Source: Octopus vulgaris (lineage: Eukaryota). From it: 64,000 bases of DNA. Made by a program: the position numbers and the translations under genes. The notes beneath the pieces are model-generated. The model had not been told where the DNA came from and searched no databases. It worked only from the letters and a program-made list of their open reading frames with translations. Shown in pieces: positions 15,401-28,148 of this stretch (positions are counted from its first letter, which is position 1; each line of letters begins with the position of its first letter). The stretch spans positions 33,170,001 to 33,234,000 of the forward strand of contig OX597834.1 in assembly GCA_951406725.2 (NCBI GenBank), in the 5' to 3' direction.

Positions 15401-18400
15401 GTTGTTGCCATTACAAATGCCGGCGACGTGGAAGTCCTGATTTGCGCTGTGTACGTAGATGGGTGCGGACAAGCGCGTGCGTGTGTGTATACATGTTTAT
15501 AAGTTAGTTCCACAACTTGCAACTAGGTCGTCGTATGTTAGTGACAGAATTGCTGGGTAAGGGTCGATTCAATATCTGCAGCTGTCGACCAAATACTGTT
15601 TGTGTGGTTTTGTTTTTGTTTTATCTGTAGTCGGCGATGTTTATTCGTGGCTGTGTGGGAAAAAAAATGCTTGCTTCCCAACCACATGGTTCCGGGTTCG
15701 GTCCCACTGTGTGACACCTTGGGCAAGTGTCTTGTACTATAGCCTCGGGCCAACAAAATCCATGTGAGTGGCTTTGATAGACGGAAACTGAAAGAAGCTT
15801 GTTGTGGGTGTGTGGTAAGTAGCTTGCTAACCAACCACCTGGTTCCAGGTTCAGTCCCACTGCATGGCACCTTGGGCAATCCACACATAAGGCTTTGGTC
15901 GGCCCGAGGCTATAGTAGAAAACACTTCTACTATAGCCTCGGGCCGACCAAAGCCTTATGTGTGGATTTGGTAGACGGAAACTGAAAGGAGCCCGTCATA
16001 TATATGTATGTGTATTAGTGTATATATGTTTGTGTGTCTGTTTGTCCCCCCCTCCCCAACATCGCTTGACAACCGATGCTGGTGTGTTTACGTCCCCGTA
16101 ACTTAGCGGTTCGGCAAACAGGACCGATAGAATAAGTACTAGGCTTACAACGAATAAGTCCTGGGGTCTATTTGCTCGACTAAAGGCAGTGCTCCAGCAT
16201 TGCCACAGTCAAATGACTGAAACAAGTAAAAGGTAAAAGATATTTGTATTTATACACAATGTAAGTATTTCATACATATTGAAAGGTTGTTTTTTAGGGG
16301 TGTTGGTCGACTCTGGACCTTTGAGAGAAATATTAATCTCATCTTGGATGTGACACCTGTTACTCACAGGTAAATATTTCCCAGATGACTTGGTGGCTGC
16401 TGTTCACAGCTGTGAGTCAATTAAGGTAACGTGGGCTATAGTGAGCCACTGTGATGTGAGACATCCCCTGGATATCACACCAGTTTATTACAGTAGAGAT
16501 TTGGCTGCTATTTCTAGTAGGTCAAAAGAGCATGTAGAGGTAAAGCATCTCTGCTGACACACCAATAATTCTACTCAAGAATACAACACATCACCTGGTC
16601 TGGGAATCAATTCCACAGTCTAGTAATCATGAGTGCAGCAACCCAACCTTGGCCATGCCCCTTCACAAACACACACATATGTGACACACCCTCACACATT
16701 CCTTGTTGGCATTATGACTGATCACTCTGCTCTTTCAAAGACCTCTGGAATAAAAAAAAAAAAAAGCCTTATTTGAAAAACAGGTAACAATTGGTGATAG
16801 AAAGAGCACCTGGCCATAAAATTCTTCTACCAATGTTTATCCATTTAACCCATGGAAGAATTAACTAGATCTATGTATAAGGTGCAGGTGTGGCTGTGTG
16901 GTAAGAAGCTTGCTTCCCAACCACATGGTTCTAGTTTCAATCCTGCTGTGTTGTACCTTGGTCAAGTCTCTTCCACTATAGCCTCTGGCTATAGTACCAG
17001 TTACGCACTAGGGTCGATGTAATTGACTTAATCCCTTTGTCTGTCCTTGTTTGTCCCCTCTATGTTTAGCCCCTTGTGGGCAATAAAGTTATAAATAAGA
17101 AACTATAGCCTCTGGCTGACCAAAGCCTTGTGAGTGGATTTGGTAGACAGGAACTGAAAGAAGCCTGTTGTGTGTGTATATATGTATATATATTGTGGCC
17201 AATGCCAGTATCACCCTCATGCTGTTAGCATGTATAAGCACCCACTACACTCTCATAGTGGTTGGCATTAGGAAGGGCATCCAGCTGTAGAAACTTTATC
17301 AGATAGATCAAATTGGAGACTGATGCAGCCTTCTGGCTCGCCAGCCCTCAGTCAAACTGTCCAACCCATGTCAGCATGGAAAGTGGACATTAAACGATGA
17401 TGATATATATATATATATATAAATTTAACATGGGCGATTCTTTCTTGTCTTGGGATTCATGGTCAAATGGCTGGGTGGAATTGCATGAAAAACAACACAT
17501 GTAGAATGATCCGGTGGTGTTCTTTGTTTGCTTAGTATTTGGGCTTATTTTCTGATTTGGTTGAATCTTAGTTGGGTTATTTTTTTTTTTTTTTTGGTTG
17601 GGCAGTTATTTTTAGCATTTTGACAGAAAAAAGTCCTTCTAAAATTGTTTTTTAACATAAGCATGCCCAAACAAGTTGAATGCTTACAAAAAGCAGGTTT
17701 TACAGCCATATCATCCAAACTGACCGGGTGAAACTGGGCTTAGCTACTAGTATATATAGTGTGTGTGTGTATATGTATCTATGTGTCTGTGTTTGCTCCC
17801 ACCCCCATCACTTGACAACCAATGTTGGTGTGTTTACATCCCCCGTAACTTAGTAGTTCAACAAAAGAGAATGATAGAATAAATACCAAGCTTACAAAGT
17901 ATAAGTTCTGGAATCGATTTCTTCAACTAAAATCTTTCAAGGTGGTACCCCAGCATGGCCACAGTCAAATGACTGAAACCTATCAAAGAATATATATATA
18001 TGCATGCACACACACACATATTTATTTGGTACTGCCACTCCTATTTCCTTCACCACCCACCCCCAACCGATATTCACCATTGACAATGCCCTCTCCCCTG
18101 TTTGCAAACCATTCTCTATATATCCTCCATATTTCCTACCTCAAACTACCTTTTGCTCATATCACATTCTTGTGAACTTAATTGATCCTTTGCCCCTACC
18201 ACCCACACTTGTTTCTCTATCCCCATCCTCCTCATATTCACCTATATATACCTTAAAGGTACATCCTGACACCTTATTATCACCATCTTCTCCCCTTTTC
18301 CAGGTAGAGTTAGCCAAGTATCCCTTCTACTGCTAAACACATGTTCCTGTCCCTTTATTCATACTCTTGCCTCTCAACAACTGACATAAGCCACCTCCCT

Positions 18401-18689
18401 CAATAAACCCCACCCTTAATCAATGGGTCCTGTCTTGCCACTTGGCAACCTCACTAGTACCAGTGAAACCAAAAGCACCCAGCACACTCTGTGACTTGGT
18501 TGGCATTAAAGAGGGCATCCAGCTGTAGAAATCCTGTCTAAACAGAAATTGGGGTTTGGTACAGACCTTTGACCTCTCAGATCCTGTCTAAGCATCCAAT
18601 CTATTTCAATGTGGAATACAGATATTAGATGATGATGATATGTAATATGCACACACACATACAACATGATTATATCAGATGGCTCCAAC

Positions 18690-19060
18690 CAAAATTTACG
18701 CCAGTATAATGGTAAATAATATACTTCATATAATCAGGCCCTATCCTTTTCAAAATAATCTCCTTGAGAACATACACAGCAACCCCAAGGTGTCTTCTGT
18801 ACCTTAAAGTTACTGTGAACACCCTCTTCCTGAAGGCCATCCAGTTCTGCATTGTGACTGTGTCCGAAACTCATCTCTCATCTCAAAGTGGTGTGTGTCC
18901 CTTTCAGCTTCATTTTTGTCTTGGGGAAAATCCTGAAGTCAAGGCACCACTGCTTTTCTTTGAGTGTCAAAGAGCTGAGAGACAAAACTCCACAGTGCAA
19001 CAATGTATGTTCAAGTTTACTATGAGAATCTCCTGGTTGTTGGGTGTCTAGATGTCCTAC
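18690..19060 (-). mobile_element. Mariner transposase C-terminal relic
   Basis: Minus-strand DFRIFPKTKMKLKG...CVCSQGDYFE motifs with stops. Confidence 0.65.
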
Positions 19061-19126
19061 TTTTTAAATAATAATCTTTGTGCGTTAAAAGAATGCTTTG
19101 GGATAGTCATTTGTCCTGCTTTTTAA

Positions 19127-19852
19127 CCTTTTCATTTCCATATTTATATTGACGGCTTTGTTTAATTAATTTTGAAACTAATGAAGAATTTAGTAAAATA
19201 ACTCTGCCATTAAGTTGGTGTTTGTGGAGGGGCAATGGCCCAGTGGTTAGGGCAGCGGACTCGCGGTTTCGATTCCCAGACCGGGCATTGTAAGTGTTTA
19301 TTGAGCAAAAACACCTAAAGCTCCACGATGCTCCGGCAGGGGATGGTGGTGAACCCTGCTGTACTCTTTCATCACAACTTTCTCTCACTCTTTCTTCCTG
19401 TTTCTGTTGTACCTGTATTTCAAAGGGCCAGCCTTGTCACACTCTGTGTCATGCTGAATCTCCCCGAGAACTACGTTAAGGGTACATGTGTCTGTGGAGT
19501 GCTCAGCCACTTGCACGTTAATAAATGAGCTGTGACGTCACTGGTGCCAAGCTGTATCAGCCCCTTTGCCTTTCCCTTGGATAACATTGGTCGCGTGGAG
19601 AGGGGAGGCTGGTATGCGTTGGCAACTGCTGGTCTTCCATAAACAACCTTGCCCAGACTTGTGCCTCGGAGGGTAACTTTCTAGGTGCAACCCCATGGTC
19701 ATTCATGACTGAAGGAGGGTAACTAAGTTGGTGTTTGAAATATAAATCAACATGAAATTTTGGTGGAAGGTTTTGACTTCGATCACTTTCAAATGGAGAA
19801 CTTTCATCATATTGAACCAAGGCTGGTTTCAGATAGATTTGTATCAAAATGG
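19127..19852. mobile_element. piggyBac-type MITE family 1, old copy, interrupted by a SINE
   Basis: TTAA|CC...GG|TTAA ends, internal homology to 44359-44580. Confidence 0.7.
19225..19723 (+). mobile_element. Family B SINE with a foreign 3' tail, inserted in a piggyBac-type MITE
   Basis: Matches family B up to about 19521, then unrelated sequence. 14-bp TSD TAAGTTGGTGTTTG at 19211-19224 and 19724-19737. Confidence 0.85.
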
Positions 19853-21133
19853 TTAAATTTTGTTTTAATCTCAATTTTTTAATTACTTTCAACAAATCTC
19901 TTTCCCCACAGTTTTTAAGTTTGTTTATTTAACTTTCACTAATCCTTTAGCATTCAACCAGCTATATAGTAGGCTCGAATATTCTACCTGTTTTATGTTG
20001 AAACTGGCTGGATCTGACCTTTCACACCGACCCTACAATGCCATTCTAAAAATAAACTATCTCATCATCAAAATTTCAAAATTACAAGATAAAGCATGAT
20101 TAATTCAAAAGAAGGTGAATAAAGAAGCATTGGATTTGACAGAATAATCTGATTGCTAGAAGATTAAAGTATAAACCTACAGCTCACTACATAAGTTTAC
20201 TAAGCAAATACCAGTGATTAGTTGAGGGAGTTAAATTTTTAAACATTGTGATTTTTAACTTTTTTTTTTTCCAATAAATGACTGAACCCTTTTGATACCA
20301 ACGTACCCAAGACCACTCTTGGTTTTATGCAAACACCCTGATTTAAAGTTATCTAAATTTAAAACCTCCCATCAAAATTTCATGTAATGTTCCAAACACT
20401 GGATTAATATTAAAAGTTATTTGACTAAATTCTCCTTTATTTTCAAAATAAATTTTAGCAAATGCTGTATGTTCCAACATAAATAGGGTAACGAAAGGGT
20501 TGATAAAGTACACCTGATAATTCTTATCATCATGCATTAAATGCATACAAATGTACATATATGTTTGGGTGTATATGTATTTGTGTGTGCACAAGAGGTG
20601 TTACTAGAGAGCTTTCAGACTGCAGTAATTGTACAGGTGATTAAATAACAAATAATCCCAGGTATCCAGCTTATTGAGTCAGTCTAGTAAATGGTGTCAC
20701 ACTGTCTACCTCCAGTCAATAATTTACACAAGGTTTTCTTACATTATGTTAGAACAGCTTTGGGATGTTTACGATGGATGACAGATGCATACAACATACC
20801 TGCACAAGTCAGGAGCTCAGCAACTCTGCAATGGGGGGTTAGGGTTAGGGTTTGTTCAGCTTTTGGTGAAAACAAAGATTCTTTCTCAATCCTGTTGCAT
20901 ATTAAATAAGTCTACCTTGGGAAACTGCATAACTGTTTCTAGACATGCGAGCAGGTTCAGTGGATTGTTCGGTGTTGATCCTCTTCCATAAGATCACATT
21001 TTTTCAATTCTTCCTCAAGATTGGTCCTTCTCAATGCTCATAGATTTGAGCTAACCCTCAACCCACCTTGAAACACACGTGCCACCCGTTCAATTGAAAG
21101 ACCATTCACCCAAAGCTGAACAAAGCCTTTTAA

Positions 21134-21568
21134 CCTTTTCATTACCGTATTTATTTTGAGATGTTCTGTGTTTTTTTTCAATTTAAAATAAAACAAAGAA
21201 TTTAGTAAAATAACTTAGTTATCATTAAAATCCCTGGAGAAGGACATCATGCTCGGAATGGTCAGTGGCAAGAGAGGAAGAGGCCGACCAAGAACCCGCT
21301 GGCTTGACACCATCAAGAGGGATACCGGAATGGACATAGCCAATCTGAAAGAAGCGGCCCAGGATAGAACTGACTGGAGGACACTGATCCATCGAGTAAC
21401 CAAGAGTCGACTTCGACTGAGTGGATAGATAGATAGATCATTAAGCTAGTATTAGGAACATTAATTGTGGCTAAGGTTTGGTGGAAGATTTTAATTCAAA
21501 ACTTATGAGAACAAGACATTTGTACTACAGAGCCAGAGCTGGTTTCAGCCGAGTTGGTAACGAAAGGG
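21134..21568. mobile_element. piggyBac-type MITE family 1 carrying an RTE insertion
   Basis: TTAA on both sides, CC(C)TTTC.TTACC and GGTAACGAAAGGG TIRs. An empty copy lies at 44359-44580. Confidence 0.85.
21229..21436 (+). mobile_element. RTE/BovB-like LINE 3' fragment
   Basis: SLEKDIMLGMVSGKRGRGRPRTRWLDTIK...AAQDRTDWRTLIHRVTKSRLRLSG*, (TAGA)n tail, 8-bp TSD ATCATTAA. Confidence 0.9.
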
Positions 21569-21952
21569 TTAAATATCTCCATTGCAGATTTGTTGAGCTT
21601 CTTGTAAAACCCAACTTGTTGAGGCATGTTGTAAGCATTTGTCATCCATTGTAGACATTCCCAAAGCTGTTCTAACATCGTATTGGGAAAACTTGTTGAA
21701 ATTATTGACCAGGAGTTGACAGCATGACACCAGTTGGTAGTCTCAGTAAACTGGATGCCTGGGATTATTTGTTGTTAATGCAGTCTGAAAGCTTTCTGAT
21801 AACACCTCTTATAGACACACACACACACACACACACATGCATGTCTATATGTATATCAATAGGAATGTGTGTGTGGAGGATGTGTTATGCATGAACATTT
21901 ACGAATATTTAAATATATGTACATACACAAAGGAATATGTTTTAATAAACGC

Positions 21953-22393
<441 letters not shown>

Positions 22394-25300
22394 GTCTATG
22401 TCTAAGTACAATATATAATGTATTCTGTGTTTATTAGCAGAAATCTGTGAATGTATATATGATGATGATGATGACAGCAGCATCTTTACAGATGATTGTT
22501 GTCTCTCCTTGTTCCTAGCTTGTCATCCTCTCCTCATCCACAACCTTCTAAATGACTATTTAGTCCAGCTGCAGATCTGAACAGTTTATGGAACAAGGGA
22601 CAGAGGGAAGTTGTGCTTCCCACAGGATTGATAGGATCACTTTGTGGAACACAAACTCTAAGCTCCACCATATGTCTCTATGAATCTTGGAACTAGCTAC
22701 ACAAGCTTTGCTGCATATCGTACAGGTTGTGACACGAGGTCTTCGAGGAACGATGTTACGGGTGGTTATTCTTCTGTGCAACTTCAGGGGATTGAGATAA
22801 CCAGTCTCCAAGAGCAGCACAGAATTGACAGAATTTGATGTTTTTTTATCAAGATTGTGAACACACATTTATATAAACATAAATGCACTTCATTCAAAAT
22901 GTGACCGCGTGTGTACCGTTGGCGATTTTTTTCCCTCTGTCTTCCCTTCTCTGGATCTTTCCTTCTCCTATGTTTCCGATGAAGAGCTCCGCTCGAAATG
23001 TTAAACCCTCCTTCTTTCCTGAGCATCCCGTAATACTATATTTGTTCCACATCCTCGCGTTGTTTTTTTGTGCTTTCTTGTTTGGATTAACTTTAAAAAG
23101 CACCATCCGATCGTGGCCATTGCCAGCCTCGCCTGGCCCCCGTGCCAGTGGCACATAAAAGCACCATCCGATTGTGGCCGTTTGCCAGACTCGTCTGGCA
23201 CGTAAAACTCACCCACTACACTCATGGAGTGGTTGGCATTAGGAAGGGCATTCAGCTGTAGAAACACTGCCAGATCAGACTGGGCCTGGTGCAGCCTTCT
23301 GGCTTCCCAGACCCCAGGTGAACCGTCCAACCCATGCTAGCATGGGAAGCGGACGCTAAACGATGATGATGATATATATATATATACACACTCACACACA
23401 TGTTAATGTCTCTGTGTATATAAAGTGTGAAATTATCAGGTGTTTCTCTTGTTTCTATTACCTGAAAACCCACCACCCTGAACACCTACCCTGCTGGCAG
23501 AATCTTCATTGCATCTGACAAATTCTCAGGGGTATTTCTTCCGGCTTTGCTTCTGATTTCAAACTTTGTTGCGGTTGACATTGCCTTTCATCCTTTCCAG
23601 TTCAAAGCCATAAATTCCTATTAAGTCCTGGGGTATGTAAGCAACTGGTCCCTCCACACAAAATTTCAGACCTTATGTCTATAGCAGAAAGGATCATCAT
23701 CATCTCGTCAAAGCCAACAAGCTGGCAAAATGATTAGAACATGTCCTGGATTCAAAAGCTGCTGAGGATAACTTTGGCTTTCATTCTATCAGAGTCTATA
23801 AAAGTACCAGTCAAGTGCTGGGGTCGATTACATCCCCTTTGTCAAAATTTTTGTCCAGATGCCTAAGTTAGAAATTATTATTATTATTATTAGCATAATT
23901 TTTTACATCTTTACATTCTGATGTCAACTTTGCCTTTCAAGAGAAACCAAGTTGAGGAAATTAGTACCAGTTGTGCATGGTAGAGGGGGTGGGGCGATGT
24001 AACTAATTCAGCCTGTCCCCTAGAATTTCAGACTTTTGGGGGAGGTAGGATAGTCAATTACAATGACCCCCAGCACTTGTATTTTATTTTACTGACATTG
24101 AAATGATGAAGGAAAAGTCAAATTCAGCAGTTTTAATCTAGAACATGAGGTCAATAGGTCTTGAGAAGACCTGTTGAGTCAGGTAAAATTGCTGTCATGA
24201 CTGATGCCAGTGCCACCTGACTATCACCCATGCTGGTGGTGGCACATAAAAAGCACCATTCGAGCATGGCTGATGCCAGTGCCACCAGATTGGCTCTGAT
24301 GCCAATGGCACATAAAAAGCACCATTCAAGCATGGCTGATGCCCGTGCTGCCTGACTGGCCCCCGTGTTGGTGGCATGTAAAAAACACCCACCATACTCT
24401 CGGAGTGGTTGGCATTAGGAAGGGAATCCAGCTGTAGAAACCTTGCCAGATCAGACTGGATCCTGGTGCAATCTCCTGGCTTGCCAGTCCCCAGTCAAAC
24501 CGTCCAACCCATGCCAGCATGGAAAACAGACGTTAAACAATGATAAGGATGATGATGAGAGAGAAGAAATACCGCTAATCATTTCATCCAGCTAACGATT
24601 CTGCCAGTCGGCCATCTTGAGAATAATAATAATACTCTCAGGTTTTGGCACAAGGCCAGCAATTTCAAGGGGGGATTAGGTCAATAAGATTGGCCCCAGT
24701 GCCAAAAGACCTCAAAAGAATGAAAGGCAAAGTCAACCTTAGTGGGATTTGAACTTAGAATGTAAAGATAGACAACATGCTACTACACATTTTCCCCAAC
24801 ATTCTAAGAATAATAATAATAATTCTTTCTGATTATTATTAAGCTGTGATACCAGTGCCGATGGCATGTAAGAGAACCATCCGAACGTGGCCGTTGCCAG
24901 TGCCGCCCCGACTGGCCTCCGTGCCGGTGGCACGTAAAATGCACCATCCAATTGTGGCCGTTACCAGCCTCGTCTGGCCCCATGCCGGTGGCACGTAAAA
25001 AGCACCTGCTACACTCACGGAGTGGTTGGCGTTAGGAAAGGCATCCAGCTGTGGAAACACTGCTAGATCAGACTGGGCCTGGTGCAGCCTTCTGGCTTCC
25101 CAGACCCCAGTTGCACCGTCCAACCCATGCTAGCATGGAAAACGGACGTTAAACGATGATGATGATTAAGGTGTTTGATCAGCAAAATTGTTAATACACT
25201 GGACAAAATGCTTAGCAGCAGTTCTTCAGGCTCTTTATGTTCTGAATTCAAATTCTGTCAAGGTGGACTTTGCCTTCATTATTGTTTCAGTGTCAATATG

Positions 25301-25923
25301 ATAAAAAGTACAAGCCAAGTACTGGAGTTGCTGTAATTGACTAAGAGCCCTTCCCACAAAATTCTAGGTCTTGTATCTGTAGTAGAAACAATTATTGTTA
25401 TTATTATTATTATTATTATTATCACATTGTTTTTGTTTGTCTTTGATTAACCCACACCCACCCCACCACTGCTACCACCATCGACTTATCACACCTGTGT
25501 GACACCTGTTAAAGTTCCACGTAGCATTGGCAGTAAAGATGAGGCATGATGATGGTGGTGGTGGGTGAGGAGACGTAAGAAGAGGAGAAAGACAAGCCTC
25601 AACACCCCCAACGTGTTTCTATTGTATCTGTGTGTGTGTCTACCTGTGTCTGCTTTCTCTTTCTCACATCCAGGATCAATCTTCTTGAAACACCTGTATC
25701 CTTCCCTGCCAGCTCTCTGCCTTAATAATAGTAATAATAATAATAATAATCCTTTCTATTTTAAGCTCAAGGCCTGAAATTTGGGGTGGGGTGGGGGTGG
25801 ATAAGTTGATCACATCGACCCTAATTTATCGACCCTGAAAGGATGAAAGGCAGAGTCTACCTCGGCGGAATTTGAACTGAGAATGTAACAGCAGACAAAA
25901 TACCGCTAAGCATTTCGCCCGGC

Positions 25924-25956
<33 letters not shown>

Positions 25957-27022
25957 TTCAAATTTTTGCCACAAGGGCAACTTGGAGGAGGGGATTAAGT
26001 CGATTACATTGGCCCCAGTTTGTAAGTGGTACTTACTTAATTGACCCCAAAAGGATGAAAGGCAAAGTCAACCTTGGAGGAATTTGAACTCAGAATGTAG
26101 TGGCAGACAAAATACTGCTAAGCCTTTCACCCAGCGATAATAATTATATTATAATAATAATAATGATGATGATGATGATTGTCTCTACTATAGGCACAAG
26201 ACCCAAAATTTTAGGTGAGGGGCCTGGTTGGTTACACCAACCCAAATGCTAAACTGGTACTTTTTCATTGACCCCAAAAGGATGAAGGGCAAACCTCTCC
26301 AAACTAATGACCTTCACTGAGTAATTTAATTCAACATTAACTACCACCAGTTTTCATTTTTTTCTTGTGCATTTTTTTTTCTTTAGATCTCTTGAAGACT
26401 GCTTCCTTTATAAAGTCTTGTTGAACCTGTATGAACCCATATCCACATGGCAAAAAGGGATGAAGGGCAAAGAACCTAAAACTAAAGATCTTTTGCCCCT
26501 CACACCAATCAAATGTATATTGATCTTGTCAATCATGAGCCCCATGCCTAACCTGACCATCTCTAATGCTGTAGAGCTCAGGAAAACAATTATAAGCTGA
26601 ATGAGTAATTAATAGTGTGTGTGCATGTGTATATATATGTGTGTACATGTGTATATATATGTGTATATACACAAGCTGTCATGACCCTACTGAGGTACAG
26701 CAATCACAGTTTCATCACATTAACATGTTTTTCCATGCTTGCATGGGTCGGATGGAATTTGTTAAGGCAGATTATCTTTGATCAGATGCCCTCTCTGTCA
26801 CCAGCCGTCACCTTTTTTCCAAATAACGGAATATTCCTCCCTCCCCACCTCACCCCTGGCCAGACATGATTTTTGCAGAACATTGGGAATGAATGGCTTT
26901 GATTTACAAGTCATGCAATGTCGAGACAACGGAAGACAAACATACACACACATGCACACACTTACATACACATGCTCACACACACACACGTGTGTGTGTG
27001 TGTACACATGTGTGTGTGTATA

Positions 27023-27059
<37 letters not shown>

Positions 27060-27529
27060 CATACATACATACATACATACACACACTCACTCACATATAT
27101 GCACACATACACAGATGCATATATATGACCAGCTTCTTTCACTTTTCCTCTACCAAATTCTCAAGGCTTTGGTCAGCTTGGTGCTACACTAGAAGACATT
27201 TGTCTAAAGTGCCACGCAGTGGGACTGAACCGGAGACCATGTAGTTCAAAAGTGTTAGTGAGAATCTTCCGGAAAGGAATAAATAGTCTGATCTCTCTTG
27301 GTCTGACTGACCTATGTCCACTGTGGTGTTTAAGAAAATTGGTTGGCTTAAGCTAACTTGTATTAGCTGGTCACGTTCTCTCCCCCCACACTCTCTCATT
27401 AACAACTAATTACACATAATTATGAAGCTAAAATGCTGTATTATTGTCTAGACTGCACTCTGTCACTATCTCTCGCTCTCCTTTCTTCTCTAGCTTATTT
27501 TTTTAATCTCTGTTTTTCTTCCCTTTATT

Positions 27530-27630
27530 TCTCCCATCTCTCTCTCTCCCATCTCTCTCTCTCCCATCTCTCTCTCTCCCATCTCTCTCTCTCCCATCTC
27601 TCTCTCTCCCATCTCTCTCTCTCTCTCCCT
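27530..27630 (+). repeat. 15-bp minisatellite (CCCATCTCTCTCTCT) x6
   Basis: Read directly from the sequence. Confidence 0.9.
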
Positions 27631-27746
27631 ACTTTTCCTCTTTCCTTCCTCCCTATATTTGTCTATCTCTCCTCTCCTCTCGCTTCATTTGTCCCTAATT
27701 TTCCTCCTTTTCTCTCTCCTTTCTGCCTCCCTACTTTTCTCCTTCT

Positions 27747-27777
<31 letters not shown>

Positions 27778-27779
27778 CC

Positions 27780-28148
27780 CGGCACATAAAAAGCACCATT
27801 CGAACGTGGCCGATGCCAGCACCACCTCGACTGGCTTCTGTGCCGGTGACACATAAAAAGCACCATCCGAACGTGGCCGATGCCAGTGCCGCCTTGACTG
27901 GCTTCCGTGCCGGCACGTTAAAAGCACTAACCGATCGTGGCCGATGCCAGACCCCCCCTGGCACCTGTGCTGGTGGCACGTAAAAAACACCCACTACACT
28001 CGCGGAGTGGTTGGCGTTAGGAAGGGCATCCAGCTGTAGACACACTGCCAGATCAGACTGGAGCCTGGTGCAGCCCCTGGCTTCCCAGACCCCGGTCGAA
28101 CCATCCAACCCATGCTAGCGCGGAAAACGGACATTAAACGATGATGAT
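27780..28148 (+). mobile_element. 5'-truncated RTE 3'-UTR copy with internal ~65-bp tandem units
   Basis: Repeated GGCAC.TAAAAAGCACC...GTGGCCGATGCCAG units and a (GAT)n tail. Confidence 0.8.

Larger units (their letters stand above)
20590..21813. mobile_element. Non-autonomous Tc1/mariner-like element with about 240-bp terminal inverted repeats
   Basis: 20590-20835 is the diverged reverse complement of 21575-21813 (AAGAGGTGTTA...AGCTTTCAGACTGCA). Confidence 0.75.

Noticed and set aside
27780-27990. Repeat-spacer-like periodicity suggesting CRISPR
   Set aside because: Eukaryotic context, units are homologous over their full length, they belong to an RTE 3' UTR, and there are no cas genes
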